Below the pieces are notes generated by a model. The model saw nothing but the letters and a program-made list of their open reading frames with translations. It was not told where the DNA came from and did no database searches. Source: a virus. From it: DNA of 39,049 nt. The position numbers were made by a program, and so were the translations under genes. Below are positions 7,260 to 15,222 of this stretch, in pieces (the first letter of the stretch is position 1; each line of letters starts with the position of its first letter). The DNA lies in the IMG/VR virus record IMGVR_UViG_3300005260_000003, positions 1 to 39,049 of that record, one strand, 5' to 3'.

Positions 7260-7436
7260 ATGCCGGCCACGGACACCAAGCTCGAGCGCGATCTCGACGG
7301 CTACGTGCACACGCCGTCGGGGTTCTTGCCGCGCGCGCAGTACGAAATGATCCGGCGGCAGAATCCGGGTGCCGGGCTGCCGCCGTGGGAAGCGATTCCG
7401 GTCATTGGAGACGATGAGCGCAAGCGCGACCAGTAA
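7260..7436 (+). CDS. small hypothetical protein (58 aa)
   Basis: ATG at 7260, TAA at 7434. Hand-counted third-position GC is very high (about 50 of 58 codons), as in bona fide genes here. Too short for the ORF track. Confidence 0.5.
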   Translation: MPATDTKLERDLDGYVHTPSGFLPRAQYEMIRRQNPGAGLPPWEAIPVIGDDERKRDQ

Positions 7437-8130
7437 CGCGTTACCGGCTACGCTGCCGCCACTGTCGGCGTTGCTCGCGGAGCAGCGGCGGCGGCGGCTG
7501 AACCGCATCGACGCCATGTTTCCGGATAGCGGGCCGTTCGCACGGCACCTCTATCCAAAGCACATGGAGGTGATTCGCGCGACCGCGGTCGCGAACCAGG
7601 TCGCGTTCATCGCCGCGAACAAAATCGGGAAATCGGAGCTCGGCTGCTACTGCCTTTCAACTTGGCTCACCGGGCGCTATCCGCACTGGTGGGATGGGCG
7701 GCGCTTCAAGGGCGCGACTACGATTTGGGCGACGGGCGAGAAGAACTCGGTCGTGCGCGACTCGCTGCAACTGAAGCTGCTCGGGCCGCTGTCGGATATC
7801 GGAACGGGTTTGATTCCCGCGGACACGCTCGAGCGCGTGACGCGGAAATCGGGGCTCGCCGACGCGATCGATACCGTGACAGTGCGCCACGTGGACGGCG
7901 GGCTGAGCAACCTACGCTTCAAATCGTACGAGGAGGGTCGCCGCGCGTTTCAAGCGACCGACCTCGACGTGATCCTCTTCGACGAGGAACCGCCGGCGGA
8001 CATTTACTCGGAAGGGTTCCTCCGCACGATGGTCAAGCAGGGCTTGGCCATTTGCACGTTTACCCCGCTCTCTGGGTGGTCGGAAATTGTCGAGCAGTTT
8101 CTTGGCGCGGTCGATGGAAACAGCAACTAG
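7414..8130 (+). CDS. terL: terminase large subunit, N-terminal ATPase part (frame interrupted)
   Basis: Walker A-like AANKIGKSE, Walker B-like DVILFDEEP, coupling motif CTFTPLSG. The ORF ends at TAG 8128-8130 where homologs continue. Confidence 0.85.
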   Translation: MSASATSNALPATLPPLSALLAEQRRRRLNRIDAMFPDSGPFARHLYPKHMEVIRATAVANQVAFIAANKIGKSELGCYCLSTWLTGRYPHWWDGRRFKGATTIWATGEKNSVVRDSLQLKLLGPLSDIGTGLIPADTLERVTRKSGLADAIDTVTVRHVDGGLSNLRFKSYEEGRRAFQATDLDVILFDEEPPADIYSEGFLRTMVKQGLAICTFTPLSGWSEIVEQFLGAVDGNSN

Positions 8131-8854
8131 TTTCAAAGTTTCAATCCAGGCCGGTTGGGACGATTGCCCGCATTTGACGGAAGCATCGAAGCGGGAAATG
8201 TTGGCTGCAACACCGCCCTATTTGAGGGATTCGCGCTCGAAAGGGATCCCCGATCTCGGCGCCGGCGCGATTTACCCGATCGCGCAGGAAGACTACACGA
8301 CGGATCGAAAACCGGATCCGGACTGGCCGCGCGCCTTCGGCCTGGACGTAGGTTGGAATGAATCAGCCGCGGTCTGGATCGCGTTCGACCGCGAGTCCTC
8401 GATCGCGATCGCTTACGACGAATACTTCCGCGGGCACGCGGAGCCGGAAGTACACGCCGCCGCGATCAAGAGTAAGGGAGCTTGGATCCCTGGCGTGGTC
8501 GATCCCGCCGCCGCCGGCTCATCGCAGATCGACGGGCGCGTCGTGCTCGAGGTCTACCGCGAACTCGGGCTCGAATTGACGGAAGCGGATAACGCGGTCA
8601 CGGCGGGCACGACCAAGGTGTGGAATCTGCTTTCGACGGGGCAGCTCAAGATCGCGAGCCACTGTAAGCACCTCCTGAAGCAAATGAAAATGTACCGCCG
8701 CGACGAAAAAGGGCGAATCGTGAAAAAGGAAGACCACGGTCCTGACGCCCTGCGCTACTGCGTAATGTCGGGGCCGGACGTGATGCGGACGCGTCCCGCG
8801 AAACTCTCGCTCGATAACTGGCTCGGCGGCACGACCGCGGGCTGGATGGGTTAA
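8087..8854 (+). CDS. terL: terminase large subunit, C-terminal nuclease part (frame +1 relative to the N part)
   Basis: VSIQAGWDDCPHL..., FGLDVGWNESAAVW, VVDPAAAGSSQ, and EDHGPDALRY, typical of the TerL RNase-H-like nuclease. Meaningful sequence starts near 8120. No independent RBS or start is evident. Confidence 0.85.
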   Translation: MSSSFLARSMETATSFKVSIQAGWDDCPHLTEASKREMLAATPPYLRDSRSKGIPDLGAGAIYPIAQEDYTTDRKPDPDWPRAFGLDVGWNESAAVWIAFDRESSIAIAYDEYFRGHAEPEVHAAAIKSKGAWIPGVVDPAAAGSSQIDGRVVLEVYRELGLELTEADNAVTAGTTKVWNLLSTGQLKIASHCKHLLKQMKMYRRDEKGRIVKKEDHGPDALRYCVMSGPDVMRTRPAKLSLDNWLGGTTAGWMG

Positions 8855-8859
8855 AGTAA

Positions 8860-10950
8860 GTGCCTCCTCCCACCGACACGACCAACGATCTCGACGCGCT
8901 CGCGTTGATGCGCCGCCGCTTCCGTGCGGCCGAAGAAGCGGAAACGATTAACCGCGTCGCCGCGCTCGAGGCGATCTCGTTCTACTTCGGCGAGCAGTGG
9001 GCGAACGAAATCGAACGCGCTCGCCTTCAAGATGGCAGGCCCTGTTTTACGCTCAACAAACTCCCCGCGATCGTGCGGCAGGTGCTCAACGAGGAGCGCG
9101 CGAATCCGCCCGCGATCGAAATCGAGCCGGCGGGCGAAGGCGCGGAAGACGAGGACGCGGAAGCCGTGCAGGGCCTGGCGCGTCACGTCGAGACGCATTC
9201 GGACGCGAAGCTCGCCTACGAGAACGCGTTTCAATACCTCGTGATCGGCGGCTTCGGTTCGTGGCGCGTCGACCATAACTACCTGCCGCGCTCGATGGAT
9301 CAAGAATGCTTCATCGAGCCGATCTGGAATCCGTTCTCGGTCTATTGGGATCCGGCTTCGCAGAAACCCGACAAGTCCGACGCGCGTTTCTGTTTCGTCA
9401 CGATCGACCTATCGGTCGAGGAGCATAACGATCAGTATCCGGATTCAGAGCTGGCGGGCCGCGCGGACTTCGATGGCCTCGGCGATCTCGCGCCCGGGTG
9501 GGTGCATCGCGACGGCGCGCGCGTTGTCGAATATTTTTATATAGAAACCGAAGACGCGACGCTGGTCCAGTTGACGGACGGGCGCTGCGTTTATGACGAC
9601 GACATTCCGAAGGGCGCGAAGATTGCGAAGCGCGACGGAAAGCCGGTCACGCGAAAGGATACGCGCCGGCGCTGCTATGTCGCGCACTCGAACGGGCTCG
9701 AGTGGCTCAAGAAAGCCGAAGAACTTCCCACAGAAGACATACCAATTGTCACCGTGTACGGCGAACGCCTGCAGGTCGGCAGCGAGGTCCGCTACAAGGG
9801 CATGGTAGGGGACCTCGAAGAAGCGCAGCGGATGTTTAACTACAACTCGTCCGCGATTACGGAAACGATGGCGCTCGGCGCCAAATCGAACTGGCTCGCA
9901 ACGGTCGAACAGATCGAGCAGTTCATGGATATCTGGCGGCAGTCAAACTCGCGCAACCTCGCCGTATTGCCGTACAAGAACATGCCTGGGGTTGCGCCGC
10001 CGCAGAAGATCGCGACCGAACCGCCGATCCAGGCGATGAGTCTCGCGCGGCAACAGTCCGCGGACGATCTCCGCGCGATCTCGGGCGTCTACGATCCGAC
10101 GCAGTCGCCGCGCGGCGGCGAGGAGTCGGGCCGCGCCATCATCACGCGCCGCCGGCAGGCCTCGGTCAGTAACAACCATTGGACGGTCAACCTGGCGCGC
10201 GGCGTGAAGCGAACCGCCGACATTTTAATCAAGTATTTCCCCGTTATCTACGACAACGCGCGCGTACTGCGCATCACTGGCAAGGATCAGCAGACCAAAC
10301 GAATCATGGTCCACGCGGGGCGGCCGGACACGCTGCCGCCGGTGCCACCGCCGGATCTCAAAGGCGTGTTCGATCTCTCGGTCGGCCGCTACGCGATCAC
10401 GGTCGGCGTGGGGCCATCGTACGAGACGATGCGCGAAGAAACGCTCGATATGCTGCTCGCGCTGGTCGCGGCGGATCCGACGATGGCGCCGCTCGTGCGC
10501 GACCTCGTTGTGAACGAGATGGCCTTCCCGAACAAGCAGGCCTTCGTCGCTCGCCTGCAGCGCGCGCTGCCGCCGAACCTGCAGGATCCGAAGGAAGCGA
10601 CGGATCCGAACCAACTGCAGGCGCAGAACGGCATGCTGATGCAGCAGAACCAATCGCTCATGCAGCGCCTCGCGCAACTGCAGCAGATGATCCAGACACA
10701 CGCGGTTCAGAACGCCTCGCGCGAACGCGTGGAACAAATGAAGCTCGAAGCCGCCAAGATCCTCGCCGAGTCGCGCCTCGAACAAGAGCAGGTGAAGCAG
10801 CGCGCGCACATCTTAACGAAGGCCGCAGACGCGCAGACGCAGATCGTGCACGATCACGCGATGGCCGATAAGGACGCGGTCCACGAAATGATGCACCGCG
10901 AACACGCCGCGCGGATCGCGCCGCCGGCGCCGCTGCGGCTCACGCAATAG
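8860..10950 (+). CDS. portal protein (P22-like, with C-terminal coiled-coil barrel)
   Basis: 696 aa, immediately after terL. FYFGEQWANEIERARLQDGRPCFTLNKLPAIVRQV motif. Gln/Leu-rich helical tail LQAQNGMLMQQNQSLMQRLAQLQQMIQ. Confidence 0.9.
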   Translation: MPPPTDTTNDLDALALMRRRFRAAEEAETINRVAALEAISFYFGEQWANEIERARLQDGRPCFTLNKLPAIVRQVLNEERANPPAIEIEPAGEGAEDEDAEAVQGLARHVETHSDAKLAYENAFQYLVIGGFGSWRVDHNYLPRSMDQECFIEPIWNPFSVYWDPASQKPDKSDARFCFVTIDLSVEEHNDQYPDSELAGRADFDGLGDLAPGWVHRDGARVVEYFYIETEDATLVQLTDGRCVYDDDIPKGAKIAKRDGKPVTRKDTRRRCYVAHSNGLEWLKKAEELPTEDIPIVTVYGERLQVGSEVRYKGMVGDLEEAQRMFNYNSSAITETMALGAKSNWLATVEQIEQFMDIWRQSNSRNLAVLPYKNMPGVAPPQKIATEPPIQAMSLARQQSADDLRAISGVYDPTQSPRGGEESGRAIITRRRQASVSNNHWTVNLARGVKRTADILIKYFPVIYDNARVLRITGKDQQTKRIMVHAGRPDTLPPVPPPDLKGVFDLSVGRYAITVGVGPSYETMREETLDMLLALVAADPTMAPLVRDLVVNEMAFPNKQAFVARLQRALPPNLQDPKEATDPNQLQAQNGMLMQQNQSLMQRLAQLQQMIQTHAVQNASRERVEQMKLEAAKILAESRLEQEQVKQRAHILTKAADAQTQIVHDHAMADKDAVHEMMHREHAARIAPPAPLRLTQ

Positions 10951-10961
10951 GACACGCTGGT

Positions 10962-11183
10962 ATGCGCAAATTCCTTCTCCGCTGGTGGTTTACCTCGAAT
11001 TGGCAACAGGATCGGCATGAGGAGTTACTCCGCCAATGGCATGCCAAACGGGCTGAGCCAACCAACGACTTCGGTGTAAGTGTGCGTTACCTGCACAAAG
11101 CTAATTACGAGGATGTCCGCTACGACTTGCGCGGGGAGATGCTCAATCTCACAACTGGTGAGTTTCGCCGCTTCACGCAATGA
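10962..11183 (+). CDS. hypothetical protein
   Basis: 73-aa ATG ORF coupled to the next gene by an ATGA overlap. Visibly lower GC than its neighbours. Confidence 0.5.
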   Translation: MRKFLLRWWFTSNWQQDRHEELLRQWHAKRAEPTNDFGVSVRYLHKANYEDVRYDLRGEMLNLTTGEFRRFTQ

Positions 11184-11557
11184 ATGAACCGTTACTCCTG
11201 CAGGCAATCGCACGCATGGAAGGCTGGCAGAATCCCGACTCGCGCTGCCGCCGGAATAACAATCCTGGCAACATCGAGCGCGGCCGGTTCGCCTCCGCTC
11301 ACGGCTCGATCGGTGACGATGGACGCTACGCGGTGTTTCCGTCCTCGGAGGTCGGATTCGCCGCGATGCGTGCGCTCCTCGAGTCGGCGGGTTATCGCAA
11401 TCTGACGGTCGCGCAGGCACTCACGCGTTGGGCGCCGCCTGCCGAGAACGACACCAAAGCCTACATCCGCAACGTGTGTGAGTGGGCGCATTGCGAGCCG
11501 AACGCGCCGCTGACGCAACTCCTCGGCGCGAAGGTCGCGCCACCCATAAAGGTTTGA
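11180..11557 (+). CDS. NNPGN-motif protein (possible virion-associated cell-wall-binding or hydrolase-like protein)
   Basis: MEGWQNPDS..RRNNNPGNIE...AVFPSSEVGFAAMRALL...WAPPAENDTKAYIRNV. I recall this motif pattern from phage structural/muramidase-like proteins. Function unverified. Confidence 0.65.
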   Translation: MNEPLLLQAIARMEGWQNPDSRCRRNNNPGNIERGRFASAHGSIGDDGRYAVFPSSEVGFAAMRALLESAGYRNLTVAQALTRWAPPAENDTKAYIRNVCEWAHCEPNAPLTQLLGAKVAPPIKV

Positions 11558-11560
11558 TCG

Positions 11561-12493
11561 ATGGCTGAAACCATAGAATCTCCCGAGATTTCCCTCGCCG
11601 ACTATCGCGCGCTCCGAGAGGGCCGCGACCTGCCGCCGAAGGTGAATACGTCCGAAGCTCCCGCGGCCGCGGCGGAACCGCCGCCGGCTGCGAGTGACGC
11701 TGAAACCGCTGCGGAGCCGGAGTCCGCAGAAACAACCGAAGGCTCGCAAGAGCAAGAGCAACCACCCGAAAAACCGAAGCCTGCGCCTCCGAAGCGCGGG
11801 ATGATAGACGAGATCGCCGCGCTGCGGGCAAAGAACCGCGAGCTCGAGGCGAGGCTCAACGGATCGAAGCCGGCGCAACCGCCGGCCGAAGTACCGCCGC
11901 CTGCCGCCGCCGAGAACGCACCCGCAGATGATCCCGAACCCGATGTCGACAAGTACACGGATTACGTTCTGTTCCAAAAGGACTGGAACCGCTGGGATCG
12001 GCGGCAGGAGTTAAGACGCGAGGCAGCAGAGAAGGCCAAGGCGGATGCCGCGGCCGCGGAACGTGCGAGGGCCAATGTTTGGTCTGAACGCGTGGCGGTC
12101 GCGAAGCGCGCGCACGAGGATTTCGAAACGGTCGCGTTGAACGTCGATCTGCCAGTTACGCCTGTCATGGGGCAGGCGATTACTGATACCGAGATCGGCG
12201 CGGAAATCCTGTATTATCTCGGCTCGCATCCGGAAGAGTCCGCGCGCATCGCGAAACTCACTCCGCTGGCGCAAATTCGGGAAATCGGAAAGCTCGAGCT
12301 CACGCTCTCGGCGAAGGAAGAACCTGCCGCCGCGGAGCCGGAGCAGCCTGTCACACCTACACCAGTCAGTAAGGCGCCGGCACCCGTCGCGCGTCCGCAG
12401 GCCGGAGCTACACGATCGGATCCTCGCCGCAATGTCGAGGGGATGTCGCTCGCGGAGTACCGCGCCTATCGCGAGTCGGGCAAGATCCGCTGA
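11561..12493 (+). CDS. scaffolding protein
   Basis: Acidic, Ala/Pro/Glu-rich, helical 310-aa protein located between the portal and coat genes. Confidence 0.7.
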   Translation: MAETIESPEISLADYRALREGRDLPPKVNTSEAPAAAAEPPPAASDAETAAEPESAETTEGSQEQEQPPEKPKPAPPKRGMIDEIAALRAKNRELEARLNGSKPAQPPAEVPPPAAAENAPADDPEPDVDKYTDYVLFQKDWNRWDRRQELRREAAEKAKADAAAAERARANVWSERVAVAKRAHEDFETVALNVDLPVTPVMGQAITDTEIGAEILYYLGSHPEESARIAKLTPLAQIREIGKLELTLSAKEEPAAAEPEQPVTPTPVSKAPAPVARPQAGATRSDPRRNVEGMSLAEYRAYRESGKIR

Positions 12494-12537
12494 CGCTGAC
12501 GTAACCGCCGCGCGTGGGCGCGGCAGGAGTCTTTGCA

Positions 12538-13694
12538 TTGGCGAACACAATCCTTACTCCGACCATGATCGCGAAAGAAGCGCTCATGCTGTTGGAGAAC
12601 TCACTTACTTTTACCAAGTACGTCAACCGCCGCTATGCGGGCGAGTTCGCGCAAACCGGCGCGAAAATCGGCGCAACCGTTAACATCCGCGTTCCTCCTC
12701 AGTTTTCTGTCACGAGCGGACCGAACCTGAGCATTCAGAACTTCACCGAAACGGTCGTGCCTTTGACGATCAACCAGCAGAAACACGTCGATGTTTCCTT
12801 CTCCTCGGTGGAACTCACGCTCTCGATTCAAGATTTCTCCGATCGCGTGCTCAAGCCGCAAATCGCACAGCTCGCGAACCAGATCGATCAGGACGGGCTC
12901 GCGCAGTACGTGAACGTCTATAACTCGGTCGGCGTACCGGGCACGCCAAACACGACGCTTGCGCCGTTCCTGCAAGCGGGCGTGATCCTCGACAACAACG
13001 CCACGCCGCGCGATAACAACCTCCGCAATATCGTGCTGAGTCCGCAGGGGCAGGCCGATGCGGTCTCGGGCTTTAACGCCTACTTCAACGATCAGGACAC
13101 GATCGGCAAACAATACCTGAACGGCACGATGGGCCGCGCGCTCGGCTTCAAGTGGTCGATGGACCAAAACGTGAATACGTTGACGGTTGGTCCACTCGGC
13201 GGCTCACCCGCGGTGAACGGCGCGAGCCAAACCGGCTCGACGCTCGTGACGAATGGCTGGACGGCATCGGCGGCCTCGCGGCTGCTCGGCGGCGAGACAT
13301 TCACGCTTCCCAACGTGTACGCGTTGAATCCGTTGTCTAAGTTCAACGTCGGCAAGCTGCAAATCTTTACCGTGCTTGGGCCGGTCTCTTCCGATGGTTC
13401 AGGTAACGCGACGCTGACGATTTCGCCCGCGATCGTCACCAGCGGGCCATCGCAGAACGTGTCGAACTCGCCGGCGAACGCGGCCGCGCTGACGTGGACC
13501 TCGGGGCCTGCGAATACGCAGGTGCCTGTGGGATTAGCCTTTCACAGGGATGCCTTTACCTTCGCGAGTGTTGACCTGGAAGATGTAAGTCGCTATGGGG
13601 CATGGGGCGCTCGTGTGAGTGACGATCAACTCGGCATCTCCATGCGCATCGCGCGCCAGTATGCGATCGGTAGCGACACCGTGCCTTGTCGGAT
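12538..13694 (+). CDS. major capsid (coat) protein, P22 gp5 family, exon 1
   Basis: TTG at 12538 lies 8 nt after AGGAG (the track's alternative start is GTG 12514). ANTILTPTMIAKEALMLLENSLTFTKYVNRRY is typical of P22-type coat proteins. The uninterrupted frame stops at 13701 right after ..PCRIN. Confidence 0.88.
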
Positions 13695-13948
13695 TAACTA
13701 ACATTGGTCCCTTCGCGTAGCAATACGCGTCGAAGAACCAGGTGAATTCAGAGAACCTCCGAATGTTCAAGACTCGGACAACTTTGAGCCAAGCCCCGGA
13801 AACGGGGAAGGTGCGACGGTCATCCCGCGAGGGAGTAGGAAACAGCGTTTCCGAAGCGCCTGGAACCCACATGGTGGGTTATGACATGACCTGCACTCGC
13901 CGGCAACGGCGAGAGACTGAGCGGATGCGGCTCAGTCGCAACACTCTG
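13695..13948 (+). ncRNA. candidate group I self-splicing intron (ORF-less, 254 nt, with P7.1/P7.2-like hairpins)
   Basis: U13694.G13707 wobble in P1 (13691-97/13704-10). Terminal G13948. P10 pairs CGA 13949-51 with TTG 13704-06. Hairpins carry GCAA, GAAA, GCGA and GCAA tetraloops. Long-range P3, P4 and P7 pairings can be drawn by hand. Confidence 0.7.
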
Positions 13949-14018
13949 CGATGTTCTTTACGGCTGGGCAACAATCCGTGCTGCTATGGCATGCCGGATT
14001 TACGGAAGTAACACGTAA
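13949..14018 (+). CDS. major capsid protein, exon 2 (last 22 residues plus stop)
   Basis: After splicing, reads ..CR-I-DVLYGWATIRAAMACRIYGSNT*. This matches the CRI-xxx-YG-xxxx-R spacing of the P22 coat C-terminus (CRIALWYGVNATRPEA, from memory). 1157+70 nt = 409 codons. Confidence 0.7.
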
Positions 14019-14833
14019 TACGGATTATTCCGCTTTTGCATGTTGTGCGTTGGGCATAGAATCTGCAAGTTATCCGGCCAATTGGTTCCTGCGATTCCAC
14101 TCTCAGGCTTCAAAGGAATGATGTGATCGACATGGTATTTGTCTTTGCTGCCGGTCACGTCCGAAATCGGATGGCAGCAGTTCGGCACTGCGCATCGCTT
14201 ACCTTGTTTCAACCACAAAGCGCGTATATCGGCGGCGGTATGAAATCCTTCTGCCGCCGCCTTGTATGCGCGTTTATTACGACCTTGTGCATTTGCACAC
14301 TCGGGGTTAGCGCGCCTCCATTCGACGGTGCGCGCGCATGCCTCGTCGCGTCGCGCAGCTCGGTATACCGCGCCGCTCTTTCGTTTGCAGTTAGGATTAG
14401 CGGCGTGCCACTTTTGGTTGTTCGCATAAAACCGCGCGTAGTTTCTGGAGCGCCACTTTTTTGCGCTTTCCTTCACCTTGTCGGGATTCTCGGCGCGATA
14501 CTTCGCGCCGCGCTCAATCTCCGCCTCGCGATTCGCGAGGTAGCGGAGTCGCGCTTTCTCTCGAATCTCCTCGTGATGCTCCGCCTGGTATTTCGCCCAA
14601 GCGAGGCGTTCCTGTTCGATGTGTGTAGCGCGGTATCTCGCTTTTGCCATCCTCGCTTTCTCTGGATTCGCGTCGCGCCACTTTTTATCCATCGCGCGTG
14701 CAGCGACTGGATCCGCGGCACGTTTATTCCGCAGGCGTTGAGCGAGACACGGTTTGCAGTTTGCTTTTCCGATAGTAAACGCGCTCGCGTCCTTGGTCTC
14801 GCCGCACGTCCGGCACGTTTTCACGGCACTCAT
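14000..14833 (-). CDS. free-standing HNH homing-type endonuclease
   Basis: 277 aa. N-terminal CRTCGETK..C..C, repeated (W/Y)Rxx NP(E/D)K units, and C-terminal HNH core KYHVDHIIPL...NLQILCPTHNMQK. Visibly lower GC. Its 3' end overlaps coat exon 2 by 19 nt on the opposite strand. Confidence 0.9.
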   Translation of the reverse strand: MSAVKTCRTCGETKDASAFTIGKANCKPCLAQRLRNKRAADPVAARAMDKKWRDANPEKARMAKARYRATHIEQERLAWAKYQAEHHEEIREKARLRYLANREAEIERGAKYRAENPDKVKESAKKWRSRNYARFYANNQKWHAANPNCKRKSGAVYRAARRDEACARTVEWRRANPECANAQGRNKRAYKAAAEGFHTAADIRALWLKQGKRCAVPNCCHPISDVTGSKDKYHVDHIIPLKPESGIAGTNWPDNLQILCPTHNMQKRNNPYYVLLP

Positions 14834-14913
14834 CTCTATTCACTTATCGGCTGAAACCGCACGTTTCGCCAGTCATAGACGTTCTAAGTACGAACCACAA
14901 AGGAGCTTTTGAA

Positions 14914-15222
14914 ATGGCATACGAACCACGCGAATATCCCAAAATGAAGTACCACGCCAAACACGGCGCGCGTACCGTGAACAACGCGGAGGAGGAGCAA
15001 GCGCTCGGGTCCGGATGGGTGAAGCATCCAGACGAACTCGACGAGCAGAAACAACAGGAGCGCGAACAGTCGGAGCGTGACGAGGAGCTCGCGCGCCTCG
15101 CGACTACGAACGACGCGCTGCCATCGGCGACGGCAACGAACGCGCCGGAGTTCAACGTCCCGAAGGCGAACGAGCCGGCGACGGTCAGTCAGACGATCAG
15201 CCAACGGGCGGCGAAGAAGTAA
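14914..15222 (+). CDS. small hypothetical protein (YPKMKYH motif)
   Basis: ATG preceded by AAAGGAG. EYPKMKYH....V.N.EEEQALGSGW resembles a recurrent small phage protein family as I recall it. Confidence 0.7.
   Translation: MAYEPREYPKMKYHAKHGARTVNNAEEEQALGSGWVKHPDELDEQKQQEREQSERDEELARLATTNDALPSATATNAPEFNVPKANEPATVSQTISQRAAKK

Noticed and set aside
8116-8130. Programmed +1 ribosomal frameshift in terL
   Set aside because: There is no slippery or hungry-codon context like prfB (CUU UGA C) and no upstream SD-like stimulator. An indel in the A3 run or a genuine mutation is more parsimonious. It is kept only as an open alternative in the finding.
13742-14011. 89-aa plus-strand ORF downstream of the coat stop
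   Set aside because: It spans the hairpin-rich stretch interpreted as the group I intron and reads across helices with GNRA loops. It has no RBS. The frame that matters (exon 2) is a different one.
13695-14833. Idea that the HNH gene is encoded inside the intron (a classical intron-borne homing endonuclease)
   Set aside because: The proposed 3' splice site (G13948) and exon 2 (13949-14018) lie upstream of almost the whole HNH ORF, which is also on the opposite strand. The endonuclease is therefore free-standing.
14123-14854. 243-aa plus-strand ORF
   Set aside because: It is antisense to the HNH endonuclease gene, which has an unambiguous HNH core. Its translation is hydrophobic and low-complexity with no motifs.
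14875-14913. IDVLSTNHKGAFE reading upstream of the 14914 ATG as an alternative coat exon 2
   Set aside because: It matches only the DVL tripeptide and lacks the YG....R continuation. The preceding base is not G. The ATG at 14914 has its own AAAGGAG RBS and starts a separate small protein.
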